From positions 62,001 to 126,000 of the forward strand of contig NMRA01000256.1 of NCBI GenBank assembly GCA_002633005.1: a DNA stretch of 64,000 nucleotides, written 5' to 3'. The stretch is from Phoronis australis (taxonomy: Eukaryota; Animalia; Phoronida). How positions within the stretch are numbered: position 1 is the first letter of the stretch; each line of letters starts with the position of its first letter. Made by a program: the position numbers and the translations under genes. Below, in pieces: positions 27,521 to 39,900 of this stretch. Under the pieces are notes generated by a model. That model did not search any database. It had not been told where the DNA came from and was given only the letters and a program-made list of their open reading frames with translations.

Positions 27521-28269
27521 ATGATTAGCCCCCAGGCAATGAAGGGTCAAACACTAAGTCCTTGTTTGGAGGCGGGCCGACTATTTGGGCACATAGAAAA
27601 AACTAGGTTGCCCCCCGAAAGTACTCACAAGGATGAACGCTATGAGATCTGGCCCACTGACTACAGGGCTACCTTTCGTAGTACTGTGAAGGAGTGTAGA
27701 GTTGTATGCTCTTTTCAAGCTCGACGTGGCGAATCAGTGTACACCCTATCCGTATAATCCAGTCATTTTCCCAAAAACAGCAAAATTCAAAACAAGGCTG
27801 TAGCTTCTCCAGTTCCTTTAACCCAATGGTAACCCATGTTATCTGTAAAAAACAACTTTTTGTTTAATAGGCAGTTTACCGTTGTGTCTTATCTGGTTTC
27901 TTAGACGTGACCTCTGGGCTCGAGAACTGGATTCACTATTGCGCATGCTCAGACCACGCTCAGTGAAATTTCAGTCACGGCGTGAACGCTTTAGCTCAGA
28001 AATCGATAGTTCGAGATACTGATACATTGGGCTTGTCTAGGCGAATTACTGTAACCAACATTGCTTCTGACGTATGGCAGGAAGGCAATAATCCCATTTT
28101 GGAAGGGTAAATATGTCTGGGAACTAGACACTTGTTTTCGACGCGAGAACACGGGTTTATAAGCCAAACAAGCTAACTAATTCCTTGTGATAATAGCATT
28201 CATCAGGAAGAGATCTCTTCCTGCATTCATTGATTTCAACAATTGATTGAAAATAATGTAGAGGAGACC

Positions 28270-28520
28270 TGCCACAGGGAGGTTATACGTGTTGTGTGCC
28301 TGGCATGCTACAATACCAGTTAGCGAAATAAAAAATTTAGTTACTACCTGTTTCCCAAGGATCAAGAACTGCGTTAAACATGGGTCAGAGACATCGGTAG
28401 AGCTGGTAGCAAAGGCCGACTTCGTGAATTCTTTCCGACTTCGTAGCATAAAGTGTGCAGCGCTCATTTTGAGGGCGGCAAGAAAACGTATCTTAGAAAC
28501 TGCCCAACAATATCTCCCTT
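28270..28520 (+). pseudogene. Decayed THAP zinc-finger domain (transposon-derived, ISL2EU/Harbinger- or P-element-type)
   Basis: PQGGYTCCVPG/CYNTS*RNKKFSYYLFPKDQELR*TWVRDIGRAG..FFPTS*HKVCSAHFEGGKKTYLRNCPTI: C2CH ligands plus the FP, W, CSxHF and PT THAP hallmarks. 1 frameshift and 3 stops. Confidence 0.82.
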
Positions 28521-29582
28521 CAAAGAAACAGTAACAAATACTCCACGGCGGTTGGTAGTGAAAAAAAAACTTGTTTTCGCTTGACCAGAACCAAGCCAAC
28601 ATGAGCAATTTTGAGGATAATGCCTCTGCACAATCACCTGTTCTGGGTCGACTCACTTAACGTATGCACACTATATGCATTACGCGCTAAGATAAAGCGT
28701 GCAGATTATTATTATTTACTTTCTACAAAATTGTGGTACATTGCTATCAAAATTCGTTGTTAAATTACGATCATTTTTCATAAAATTTTGTTGAAGTTCC
28801 AGGGCGAAATCTTGCCGACAAATGCGTAGCTGCTGGTCTCGCAATCGTCGATAGGGCTTGAATTCTTAAATAAGAATACAGCTTTGACTCAACAAATTAC
28901 CTGAAATCCTCCTCAAGTTTTCCAAATAGCGTCTCTAAGATTTTTAAGTTCTTGTGAAGTCTGGATTAACTGCAGATTAAGTCCAAATCTACGCTAGATT
29001 GTAGCACGCAACCCGAGAAAAATCTCTGTGGGAACACATGTTGTTGTCACGTGACGTTTGTTTTGAAGTTTGTATGCGTGTGTGTGAGAGTAAGCGTGCG
29101 TGTGCTTGTCATCAGAGTTCATTTGCCAGAGTAATGTAATGATCTAGGTGTGCATTGTATCCAAAAAAAAAATAAGTCAAGCAGTCAAGCAGAGCGTGTT
29201 TTAATATTTACGGCTTAGCACTTGCTGGCCTCATCTGCTAAAAACGTTCGAGAATTTTTTCGGTAAGACCGACATGTCACTCATTGAGTCGCCGGGTGAG
29301 TGGATGCGTGACCGTAGTGTAACAGCTATTTCCCGGAAGATTTGGGGTGTAAGGGTGCGAAGTGGGTCATTTTGACCTTAAAAACACCAATTATGATTAG
29401 TTAAATAATTTCTCTTAAAAATAATGCAGAAGCTTTTTACGGTATTGGAAACTTTCGGAAATTAGTGCCAATATTTATTTGCCGATGCTATGTTACCCGA
29501 TTAATCTTCGATGACAGTCGGTACATTATGCAGCGCGCGCTTCTTGGTCGCGTGCTAACACTGGTCGAGTTTTTTTTATTAG

Positions 29583-29985
29583 TCTTCGATTCACGGTTTT
29601 CACATGCACAAAGAAGTTTGAGGCCGGAGAAGATCTGTACTGGAAAGAAACAATGCAATCCCGCTCTTTGACAAGTACGCTGTGTCTGTTTTCAAAGTCC
29701 AGACCCGCGTAGTGGGGCACATCCCTCGCAAGAGCAGCAAAACTTCTGCGTTCTTTTTGAATCGCGGCGTAAGTTTGAAGTGTATACGGACATAACGGTG
29801 AGGCTCGTGGTCCGTTACAAATTCAGGCTGTCGGATCTTTCAATTGATAAATTGGAGACGTTAGAACTGTAGGTAAGGGCATTTTTCGCATGTAGTTCAT
29901 GGGCTGGGCGCTTACTTTAGCAAAGTCTGAAAACGCGTTGGGGCACTTGTTGAGCCATGGGCGCTAATTAGGGCGAATAGCGGCA
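29583..29985 (+). mobile_element. Decayed HIRAN-domain coding fragment followed by a DNA-transposon-like end
   Basis: SIHGFHMHKEV*/GEDLYW/NP/FDKYAVSVFKVQTRVVGHIPRKSSKTSAFFLNRG matches the HIRAN pattern (N..DxxAVxV..VGHxPR). Followed by repeated GGGCGCT words and ATGGGCGCTAATTAGGGCGAATA, resembling pogo/mariner-type MITE ends. Confidence 0.7.
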
Positions 29986-32609
29986 GAATTACATACAGCA
30001 GCGTAGTTTAATGCACACAAATTACACGTCGTGCAAACCAGTCGGCCATCCCGTTTACCATCAACAATCCCAGTAGCCTTTGCGCACCCTAATTTCCGGA
30101 CATGCGCAATCGTTAAATCGATTCGGTTGCAACTCCGCTATTGCAGTGGCCACATTATAGAACGATTAGCTCGATCAAGCCATTTGAGTGGTAGCGAGGC
30201 TAGCCTCCTATAATGCTCCAGACGGATGTTCTCGATGTACGGTAGTGGCAACGGAAATGAAATCCCTCACAGGATATTTCGAGATCGAGATTGATATTGT
30301 CAGGACAACGTTCATTTTCTATTTTCCGAACATCTAAACATGAATAAAGCCCGGTAACTCTAAAATCGAAATAAATCCGTCGTTTGTCCTTTAATATGAC
30401 ATATCCGAAACAGTGCGCTTCCTTGAATTTTTTTTCTCAAGTGTTTAGCATGGGCGCATACGCCTAAATTTCTCTTATAAACAGGGCGACTAACCCCTGT
30501 ATATGGGTATGTCTTAAATTCGGTGTCATTCGTGTTTTTATGTCCATCGGCGTATCATTGAATATCTAGTGTCATTTTTACAACTGTGTGACTAAAGGAC
30601 GAAACAAATACGCAGAATTAAGTTGAGTCTTTAGTTGGGACTCATGCAACCGGGCTCTGGATTCTTGTGTCCACATCACAAAGGCGCTTGCGCCAGACGC
30701 ACAGTTTCACGATGATCGAGCTCATTGACCCTAAAACCGTGTATACCGTGAACAAAATCTTTGATACACTCCCAACTAGCTGCAGTCATTTTTGCCTATG
30801 ACTCACAAACATTAGCACAAAATTTGATGTCGACAGAAGTTTTGACAGTTTAAAGCCGCATTTCCGTGGTTGAGCTATAGCTAAAAACAAAATCGAATTG
30901 GGTCTTCTACTGAATTAGTCGGCACCATAATACTCCTTATCGTGAATGATAGTATTTTATCTCCGTTATAAGAAAGTCACCAGCACCACCGGAAACACAA
31001 AGTTTATGATTAGGGATGGCCAACACCATAGCGAATTCGAAAATGGTGCACGTACGCAAGTTGCCTGATTTGAATAGGCAATTGAAATAGAATTTTACTG
31101 TGAGAACGATATTGTAAGGGATGTTGCCTGATTCGATTTTCCGTTGTTAACCAGCCAAACAGGGCACAATTTAGCTTTAAGTGTAGTTGCCTATGCCATT
31201 GTTGTGGAAGATTCATTTTATATCGAATGCATTGACAGGAAGGTTTCGAATAATTAAGTTACTATATATTAATATAATTAAAAGTTTTATTTTCTTCATT
31301 TTTGCCAACGACGCACGTGCGTATTTGTGAATATGCATATCAGCTACGACCATGCTTAACCGGTTTCACGTATTCTTTTTAACCTTGCTTTACATATATT
31401 TTAAACTCACTGATGAGAAGATAAGGAAAAGAGTATCTTTATATACCAGATTGTTTTGCGCCGTTGAAAGCATAGTAAAATAAAAACAACCAATATCAAA
31501 TTTTGTCCGGATGGACGAAGGGTATGAAAAACAGGAAATGGGAATAAATATTCCTTTAAAGATGTTGAACGAGTTTTCATAATGTTTATAACGAAAAGCA
31601 CAGTGTACAGTAATACGAGTTAAGACCAGACATCGCTATCACGATAAAGCGTTATATCTGAAGGTTTAAAATAATATTTGTGGCGAACAAAACTTAATAT
31701 TGACTACACTGACAGATCCGCAATCCCTTGAAATGTTTTCTCTCTTTGGCCACACCTGAAAATGAATTGCCGTAATCGTTGATGCTGACAAGGTGTATTG
31801 ATTTCTGATTTAATGTGGTGTAATATCTTGGTATAATTTCTTGTATATTAGTAATCGAAACATTCAGTAAACTCAACTAGAAGTTTGCCTGAAGAAGTAA
31901 TACTATTAAACGCCTTATTATTTTGAATGAACCTTGGGGTATTTATATTGCTGCTGAGCCCTCGAATCACCCCTGAGTGGTACTTGGCGGTGTATTTGAC
32001 GCGGTAGACCTCTATTGGAAAATTAGGATACCCGCCCAGACTCCATAAAACTTCACTTGTATGCAGGATATATGGGTGTACATGTATTTGCCAGGAGCTT
32101 TTCACCCTTATGCAGAGGTAATAAGGGCCAGTATACACGCAATTCTGCCAAAAATCAAGAATTGGTTAATTCTACTTACGAGACTGTTATAAAATCGCTC
32201 TCATCTTGTTCTTAACCAAAAAGAAATTTCTGGGTTTGAGACTAGCTGACATGTCGTTATTCTTCCAAGCAACTAAGGTCCGTAACCTGCTTATAGCAAT
32301 CGAGTGCCGGTTGGTTTTGGTTCATACGGGACGCCAGTGACTAAGTATGACAGCTGCCAGGCCGGGGAACAACAAGTTGTATTCAAAGAAATTAAGAACT
32401 CAAAAACGTTTCTTTGAAAGGCAAATATGCCTGTAAACCGAGAAAGTTGATGTTCTGACACCAGTTAACATGGTGATAGTGACTTTAACATATGCTATAT
32501 ATAGGGGGTTTAAACCTTGCGGAATAGTTATGAAATTGAAAATATATAATGAACACTTTGAAGAAGTCTAGTTTACATAACATATTTATTCGGAAGTGAC
32601 TTTAGTCTA

Positions 32610-32872
32610 CATGCGCGCACCCAAGGGGGATCGAAGGAGCCTGCCCACATTTGGCGAAGTGGGCAAAAAAGGTCCGCCCCTGTGAAACAAAAAGACCGAG
32701 AAAATGAGACAAAAGTCCACTAAACAAGCTCAAACGCGCAATTCTCAGTGATGCCCCCGTTTTTTTTTTTTGTTTTTTTTTAGTCCGCCGCCCGCTTTTT
32801 TGTTTTTGTTACCAAAAGGTCCCCGACGTCAGGAATTCGAGCCCCCCATATTGAAGGCTGGGTGCGCGCATG
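32610..32872. mobile_element. MITE with 14-bp perfect TIR CATGCGCGCACCCA (hAT-like CA..TG ends)
   Basis: TIRs at 32610-32623 and 32859-32872; GTCTA flanks both sides; ~1 kb upstream of the PERK ATG. Confidence 0.8.
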
Positions 32873-33626
32873 GTCTAGTCAAGTGAAAAGCCGGTCTTAT
32901 CGATTTTCAGGAAAAATATAATGCATGAAACGAAATTTTATAAAAATGTAACAGCGTTTTTGATATCTTACCTTGAACATTTCAGAATCTATCAAATAAG
33001 TTTTGGTCATGCTATTATTTATACCGTTGTTTTGCTATCAATGTACCTCTCTTTCTTCCAAAGTTTACTAAAAAGACATCAGCCCTGGAGTTCTGCGCCT
33101 TCTGCTGTCACGGGGATGGTCTGGGGAGGGGATTAATGCACCAGCATATCCCCAATGATCCTGTCCGTGACAGGTATTCAGGTATACAGGTATACTAAAA
33201 AGACATGGCTTTCTACTTTCAGAAAATTTATACTTTTACAGAGTCAAAATCTACAGTTTTGAATAAACACGCAGTCTTGTCGTAAGTTCCAACATAGCCG
33301 GAAATTAAATTTATTAAATTCATGAAAAAACAAACTCAGTGGACAATCATTTGTTAATCACTTCCTGCGTCGTCGAGAACTGCAGAATTCACAAAAATAT
33401 CGCGAATTCTTTCAAATCCTAGTTCCAGGTCAAGAGTTGCACATTTGACCGAAATCTTCATTGCTTACTTCGTAGGTCTATTACGTACGTGAAATGTAAC
33501 CTGGCGCACAATGCTGCAACACTGAATGAACTGTTCACTAAAAATGCTCATGTCGCTGCCAAGCCCTGTGGTCGGCCAGAATTTTATTGAGCCGCGCAAC
33601 GATAGCATCCCGATCGAAAATGAAAT

Positions 33627-33948
33627 CCAATCAAAAATTTCAGGTGTGAGCCGCATCGTCAAGGATTTTTTTTTGTCATGAAATGCGGGAACACGTTGGC
33701 AGATGATTCATTCAGTATTTACTAACACAACGACATCAGAGACACCTGATGGAATTTGTAAAGACACGTCAGGTGCTCACTTCATTTGTAATTTCATCCA
33801 ATCAAATGAGCTCAACAGTACCATGTGATTTTACTTGAAGCAAAACACAGATGAACACGTCGGTCTGATGTTGGCTTCTCTGCCAAAATTCTCAGCTTTT
33901 GTCTGATAACTGTTGACATTTTATATGGGATTACTCAGAATTGCATCA
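33627..33948 (+). promoter_or_regulatory. Putative PERK promoter/5' region: two CCAAT boxes, XBP1/CREB3-type site, short uORFs, C/EBP-ATF (AARE) 9-mer
   Basis: CCAAT at 33627 and 33798 (both within ATCCAATCAAA); GACACGTCA at 33763-33771; uORFs 33851-33868 and 33868-33906; ATTGCATCA at 33940-33948. Motif matches only, TSS unknown. Confidence 0.4.
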
Positions 33949-36900
33949 CGGACGGCAACATCTATCGCTATTATTTCCATTCTAAGCGCTGTATGGTTTT
34001 ACAAGTATTCAGGAGCGTCGGATAGTGTCATCGTCGAATCCGCTGTCCGAACCAGTGACCACACTCGGAACAGTGCCAGTGGCCAGCGAAACCAGCGATG
34101 TGAAATCCTAGACAAGAGGCGAGTTTTTCTCATGTGTGCCAAATTTGTTGCATTATATTTTGTCATTAATAACTCATGTTCAAATTCCGGGTTTGTCTTC
34201 TCCTTGAAATTGGCTCAATTCCAAAAGATTGCCTCGTGGTTTTGTGAATGACTTCGGGTTTTTTTGTTGGTGTGAGCTTAACGAAAGGTCAGGACGACGA
34301 TAGGCCTACCTGTCTTGGAGAGGACTTGTGGTGACAAACTGTCGAAAACAAAGCTTCCCTACTAAAAATACTACAGGTATGACTGTCTCTTTTTGACTGA
34401 TATGATGGTTCACTGGTCAAGTCAGCCGCAAAGCAGTCACATTAGCCAAATTGAGCACTGTAATAATTTTGATGAAATTGACAAGATTCAGACTGCCGGG
34501 GCACTAGCCTACTAGGAATATTGGGGACAATTTACAGGTTGACACCATCTACTTAGTCTAGTCACAACTGACATGACAGTTAGTGGCAAGGTGAGCATGG
34601 TGGCTCACAATTTGACCGTTGTGGTCAACAGTACTAAAAATAAACGGTTAGAACAAGTCACAATTCCAAAGCCTTTAAACCCCAAAAGCGCTTGGGTGAT
34701 GGCCATGCAGGGGGATCACTGAACTGGTTTGTAAACTTTATGATAGATAAAATGATTTACATATTCTAAACATTATTTATGGGAACAGTTACCTGAATGA
34801 CGGACTGATACACTTCCAAAAACCGCAATTAAGTACCTTTCAGCGTTTTGTCCTAAATATGGAAATTATAGGAAAATAGTCCTAAGGTGTGACCTTGGCG
34901 GTAAGAAAACATTCAAGCGATTTTCAACTTGAGATCAAACTGACTTGATAGCAAGTTGCTAAATTGTGCATTTGCTACAAGTCAGATTAATCTCAGTACA
35001 CCTGGCTCAAGTGCATTTATTTGCCTTACTTTTACCTCATTGGCATTGGACATCTGACAACATTATAGGGTGTAGTCTTGATTCCTCTGTTATGAACCCC
35101 TAGTATTATCTCCGGTTCCACAGAATTTTAGATTAAAATGTGTTGCATTCTGCATGTTTTAAGAAGTTTCAGTCAGTTTGAGGTGCATTTTATAGTTCCA
35201 AATTCAAAAATTACTTCTACCAAACTTGAAATATCAATTCCAGCATTTGAATTGTTTATCACTATAACTGGAATTGATCATTTATTACATTGAAAACATA
35301 AAGCAGTTTAATAGTAAGCTGTTTGTTGGTTGAAAAATAACTGAATTGTTTGGGAAACCTTCCTACTATTCAACCATTAAAGGAACAGTCTCTAAGAGAA
35401 CAAATAATGACTGGAACCCAATTGCTTCTTGGTAGCAGCCAAACTCTCCACCTCTGAGCCAAACTCTCCGCTGCTGAGTCAAACTCTTTGCCGCTGAGCC
35501 AAATTCTACGTATTAGATAGCAGAATAATTTAAGCGTATGTAAGCAATAAAGACAGCAGACTTGATTTCAGCAAATGTCAGACAGACAATGTTTTGAATA
35601 GTCGATTTTTAGTAAATCACAAAAACAAGAGATTTTGTTATTTTAGTGCTAAGAAATGCTTATCTGATGTACTACCCAAATATACAATGGAACAATAAAT
35701 TATTCAGGTGAAATAAAAATTATTATGAATTTTGATTCAGCAGATAGATAAAAATCAAACAAACCTCTTTCTCTCCCTTCAAGTGATTACGTGAATACTG
35801 ACAGCAATTCTTATCGAATTACACCCCTCCCCCCAACAGAAGGTACCTAGGTCATTAATTTAGAGCTGTAACCTGCTGTATGGAATTAACCCTTGTGCTT
35901 GATGTCACAGGCAAGTGGTGTTCATGTCTGTGCTTAAGGTCACTCTCATTAGAAAATAACATTATTCAACCACCCAACAGTTTCTGTTAGTTGTACACAG
36001 GTATACATGACCTTGTTACAGTAAAGTGTCTCCTATTAGTGAAGCTATATGGTGGACACGCTCTCTTGTTTGCACACGCTGTAATGCATTACTTATCATT
36101 TTCAGGTCATTTACCATAGCTCCCATAAGATAATATTTTGAAAAAGTATGGGCATTCACAGCAATCTTAAAAGCTTTTGAAAAATATAAAAACTACAATT
36201 CTGGCCTTTGTTTTTGTCCAAAAAAGTAGAATTTTTTACTGTAACACGACCTGTTGATGTGTGCAAAGTTGTTGCCTGAATGTTTTGATTTACGTATATA
36301 AAATGGTAATAGAAATGGAATGATTATGGATTATGAGTTACAGATGCATCTTAGTGTGAAGTAGATTTTTTAAAACAGTGACGATGTTGCTAACTATATG
36401 ACGTGATTGCTAAAATACTTTTTGAGTGCTCATTTTTTGAAGTTAATGACACCATTTAGCCAGTAATGTCTGTACTTCTTGTTGCTTTAATGTTAAATGA
36501 CAGGACAGTGGAGAGATTGTATTGTATAGTGACGGACATAAATAGGAGTTTAATAACCCTGCCCTGGAAGTGTGCTCATGGCAAGAGCTTTATAGATAAA
36601 CCACTTCTTGTCCAACATGGTTTCAACATGCGAGGAAAAATCCATTAATCCATTAACACCACTTCTTGATTTGAGCAGGTTTGAGGATTAGAGATTGAGG
36701 CGACATTGGAAAGAGATTTTCATCTTTCTTTACCTGGATCTGGCCTTTCATGTAAATCTTTACTTGATATTTCTAATTTGTTTCTTAGTAGGCACGTTGT
36801 GAAGTATCATATGTGAATCCAGTTAGAATATCTTTGCCAGTCGAATATTGTGCACTTTGTTGTGTATGTGGACTGAACTACATTGCTGATAATAGGCTAT

Positions 36901-39900
36901 ATAGTCCCGTTTAGACATCAACTTTTGGCCCGGCAGAACTGACGCGGAGCAAATTGACCCGTGTCAAGCGGCCATTTACTCACACAACTCACTAACCGTG
37001 GCAAGACGTAAATTAAAGGCTGGAGAGACTAAATCGCACATGCGCAGGTTTACAAATGACGTGAGTTGCAGAGACAAAGAACCCATATGTAGGTCTTTGC
37101 ACAAGCGCAGTAGAGATGATCCTTTCCACCCTGCTCCAGTTTCGCCTTTAGACTTATCATTGGCATGGCACAAGATGTTCGGGCGCAAATTGCTCTACTT
37201 CACAAATGAGTGGCAAAAATTTGTCACCTCGGTGTCAGTCCGTTTACACACTGGAACGTGTTCTGTGTCAGCTGATCCGTGTCAACTTTGTAAGTGTAAA
37301 CAGCACTTATGCTAAGTACAACCGCTAGTGTAGCTTTTCAGTTTGATTCGTACATCTAGCTGATGTTAGCTAATATGGTAACTTTTGTGAGCATCTCATT
37401 TCTGTTTTAACTCTTTGTAGTGTAATCTCACCATTAATTTGGGAAAAGTGATTACCAAAGTTGCCAGCCTTTTTTCCTTTTCAATGGTGTTTAACATTTG
37501 TCAGTTTCTCCAGTATTTTCAAAATATTGTGTGGTGGTAGCTATATGGTCTTGAATTGGAAATGCATTGATTCAGTACTACTTATCTAAAAATACAATTT
37601 TGCTTGGCTGCCCTATATTCTTTCCTGATGGTGGTGAGGTGTTGCAGTTACAGGAATTTGATGAATCAAAAAGTACCCATTTGGCCTGGAGCACCCCTTC
37701 ACAGATGTTGCATCATGTTTTATTGTTACACTGCCAAAGTCCTGGATCTGACTATCAATAGCGAACTGTTTGCATTCTGCTGATTGGTCAAAACAGGAGG
37801 TGTGTCTGTAAACTAGGTCATTTGCTGCAATGTTATTAAATTGAATAAATTCAGGAATCATTATAGTGAGAGAATATGAACAGTAGCCTCTGTAAAGAAC
37901 AGATGGAAGTTTAGCTAGTTTCAGCTGATTGGTTTGCCATCAGCAGAAACCACCAGCCAATGTTTTTCTATCATGAGACAGATGTTTTTGCATGATGGCA
38001 ATCAAGATAGCTTTCATGCCTGTCTCTGATTGGTGGAAACGAGGGGTGTGTCCCTGATATAGGTCATGACTGGCATGACCTTGCCTACAATAACAAAAAC
38101 AGGAACAGTCAACATTCTTGTGGGTAACTTTCTTCCAAGTAAATCAGCATATTTTTACTAATACGATTTTTAAACTGTAATGGGAACTTTAATTAAAATC
38201 TTTCTTTGCCTTGAATTTTATCTAGTTAGTTATTCATGCTCCACTTTCTTAAGTTTGGAACCACTTACATTTGGTTATTTACTGCCCTACTTATAATGTA
38301 TGCTATTTTGGGATGCCAGTGACGTCTGCAAACCTCTCAGTGGCATTGAAGAAGTTCAAAATTTTTAGAGTCCAAGGACAAAAGTTGGAATGGATGGCAT
38401 CATGGCACACAGATGGTATAGAAATCGTTTCTTTTCAGACTAGAGATGCGTTTGCAAGTATACATTTTCATTCTTACTCTTGAGTTGGACTTGATGTTTT
38501 GTTTATAATACAGTAATTTATTAGGTATCTAGGTAGGGGGTTTACCTGAAGTCTATGTAGTGTTTAAACATCTTTGTTGTGGTTATTGAGTACTATCTGA
38601 TGTTGCATATGTTGAGCCACTGCTTGGTAATTACAGTTCTGGTGTTCCAGAACACTTTTGTTGAAGAGGAAACAATGAGCTATAGACAATTTACCTTTAC
38701 AGTTTTTGTTGTTGAGTTGTGCATGGGTAGTTTCAATACAGTCTGTGCAAATGTGTTCTTATTGAACACTGCTTCACGCATGGTAAAGAAATCCTATAAA
38801 AACCGAGACTCATAATGTGATACAGAATAAACGGGGTATTATTGATTTCATTTGTATAAATTTTTGTCTTGAAGAGCCACGCAACACTAATTAGGTCCAG
38901 CCCAAGCTTCAAATGTCAAACTGAAATAAATCCAGGTGTCAGTTGTGAACCTTCTAATTGAAGCAATCAATGACCTTTGTTTGGTCCATGATGCTATCAT
39001 GTCTAGGAACGCTAACTCTCAAATGGTTCTACCCTTAAGCACAAGCCAAAAAGACTGCTCTTCGACGATGGCATTTCATGAGGCTTTAAATCTTGTCGCT
39101 TTGTGAGCTTGTCACAATTTGACAGGTCATTCTTGCTAGCTGATGGCGAAGTCCACTTACAGTCAGCCATCACAATAATGGATTCCGTTTGCGCATTGGG
39201 GCCATGACATCTAGGATTCCGGGTGATTTTGTGATGAACACTATAAGACTGATTGGATGCTGGCTGCTCAAAAAGGTTTGAGGCACTTCAGCTTGGCTTA
39301 TTATGATCTATGAGGGTATGTAGGGGAGTAACCGTGCAGCAGTTGCCCTTTGTCCCAAGAACGGCAGAAATGCCAACATTGACTTGACTCCTATTTGTGT
39401 TTGTAGGATCCTCCTCCTGGTCAGTACCTTAGATGGCCAGTTATCTGCCCTTGACCTTGCCAAGGATGGCCTGTTGTCATGGCGACTGGAGACGGGTACC
39501 AAAGGACTATTGTCATCCAGTATAACAAATAATATTGAGGTAAGTGTTGCTACTCGTTGGTGCTGAGTGGAGATTTCCAAGTTATTTTGTACAAGAAATA
39601 GTCAAAATTGTTTTTTTCAATTGTTTAAGAAATATAGAAATTATGTCATTTTTGATTGATAGACAGTAAAACTACATGTTGATAATACAGTAGAATTTTC
39701 TTTATTTTTCCTTTATTGAGAATTGTTTGACAAAATAAGATTCCATGTTTTCTGCAATAGTGTTCACTGAATAAAGGAATAGTTACCGTTTTCTGTTACA
39801 TTTTTTGTGATCATTCTTGGGATTTCAAGCTCATTCTGTAGTTTGTTTATTTAATAGAAGTCAACAATGTTCAGATACATATATTTACTAAACAATTCTC

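Noticed and set aside
28177-28656. 159-aa minus-strand ORF
   Set aside because: Antisense shadow of the decayed THAP sequence on the plus strand.
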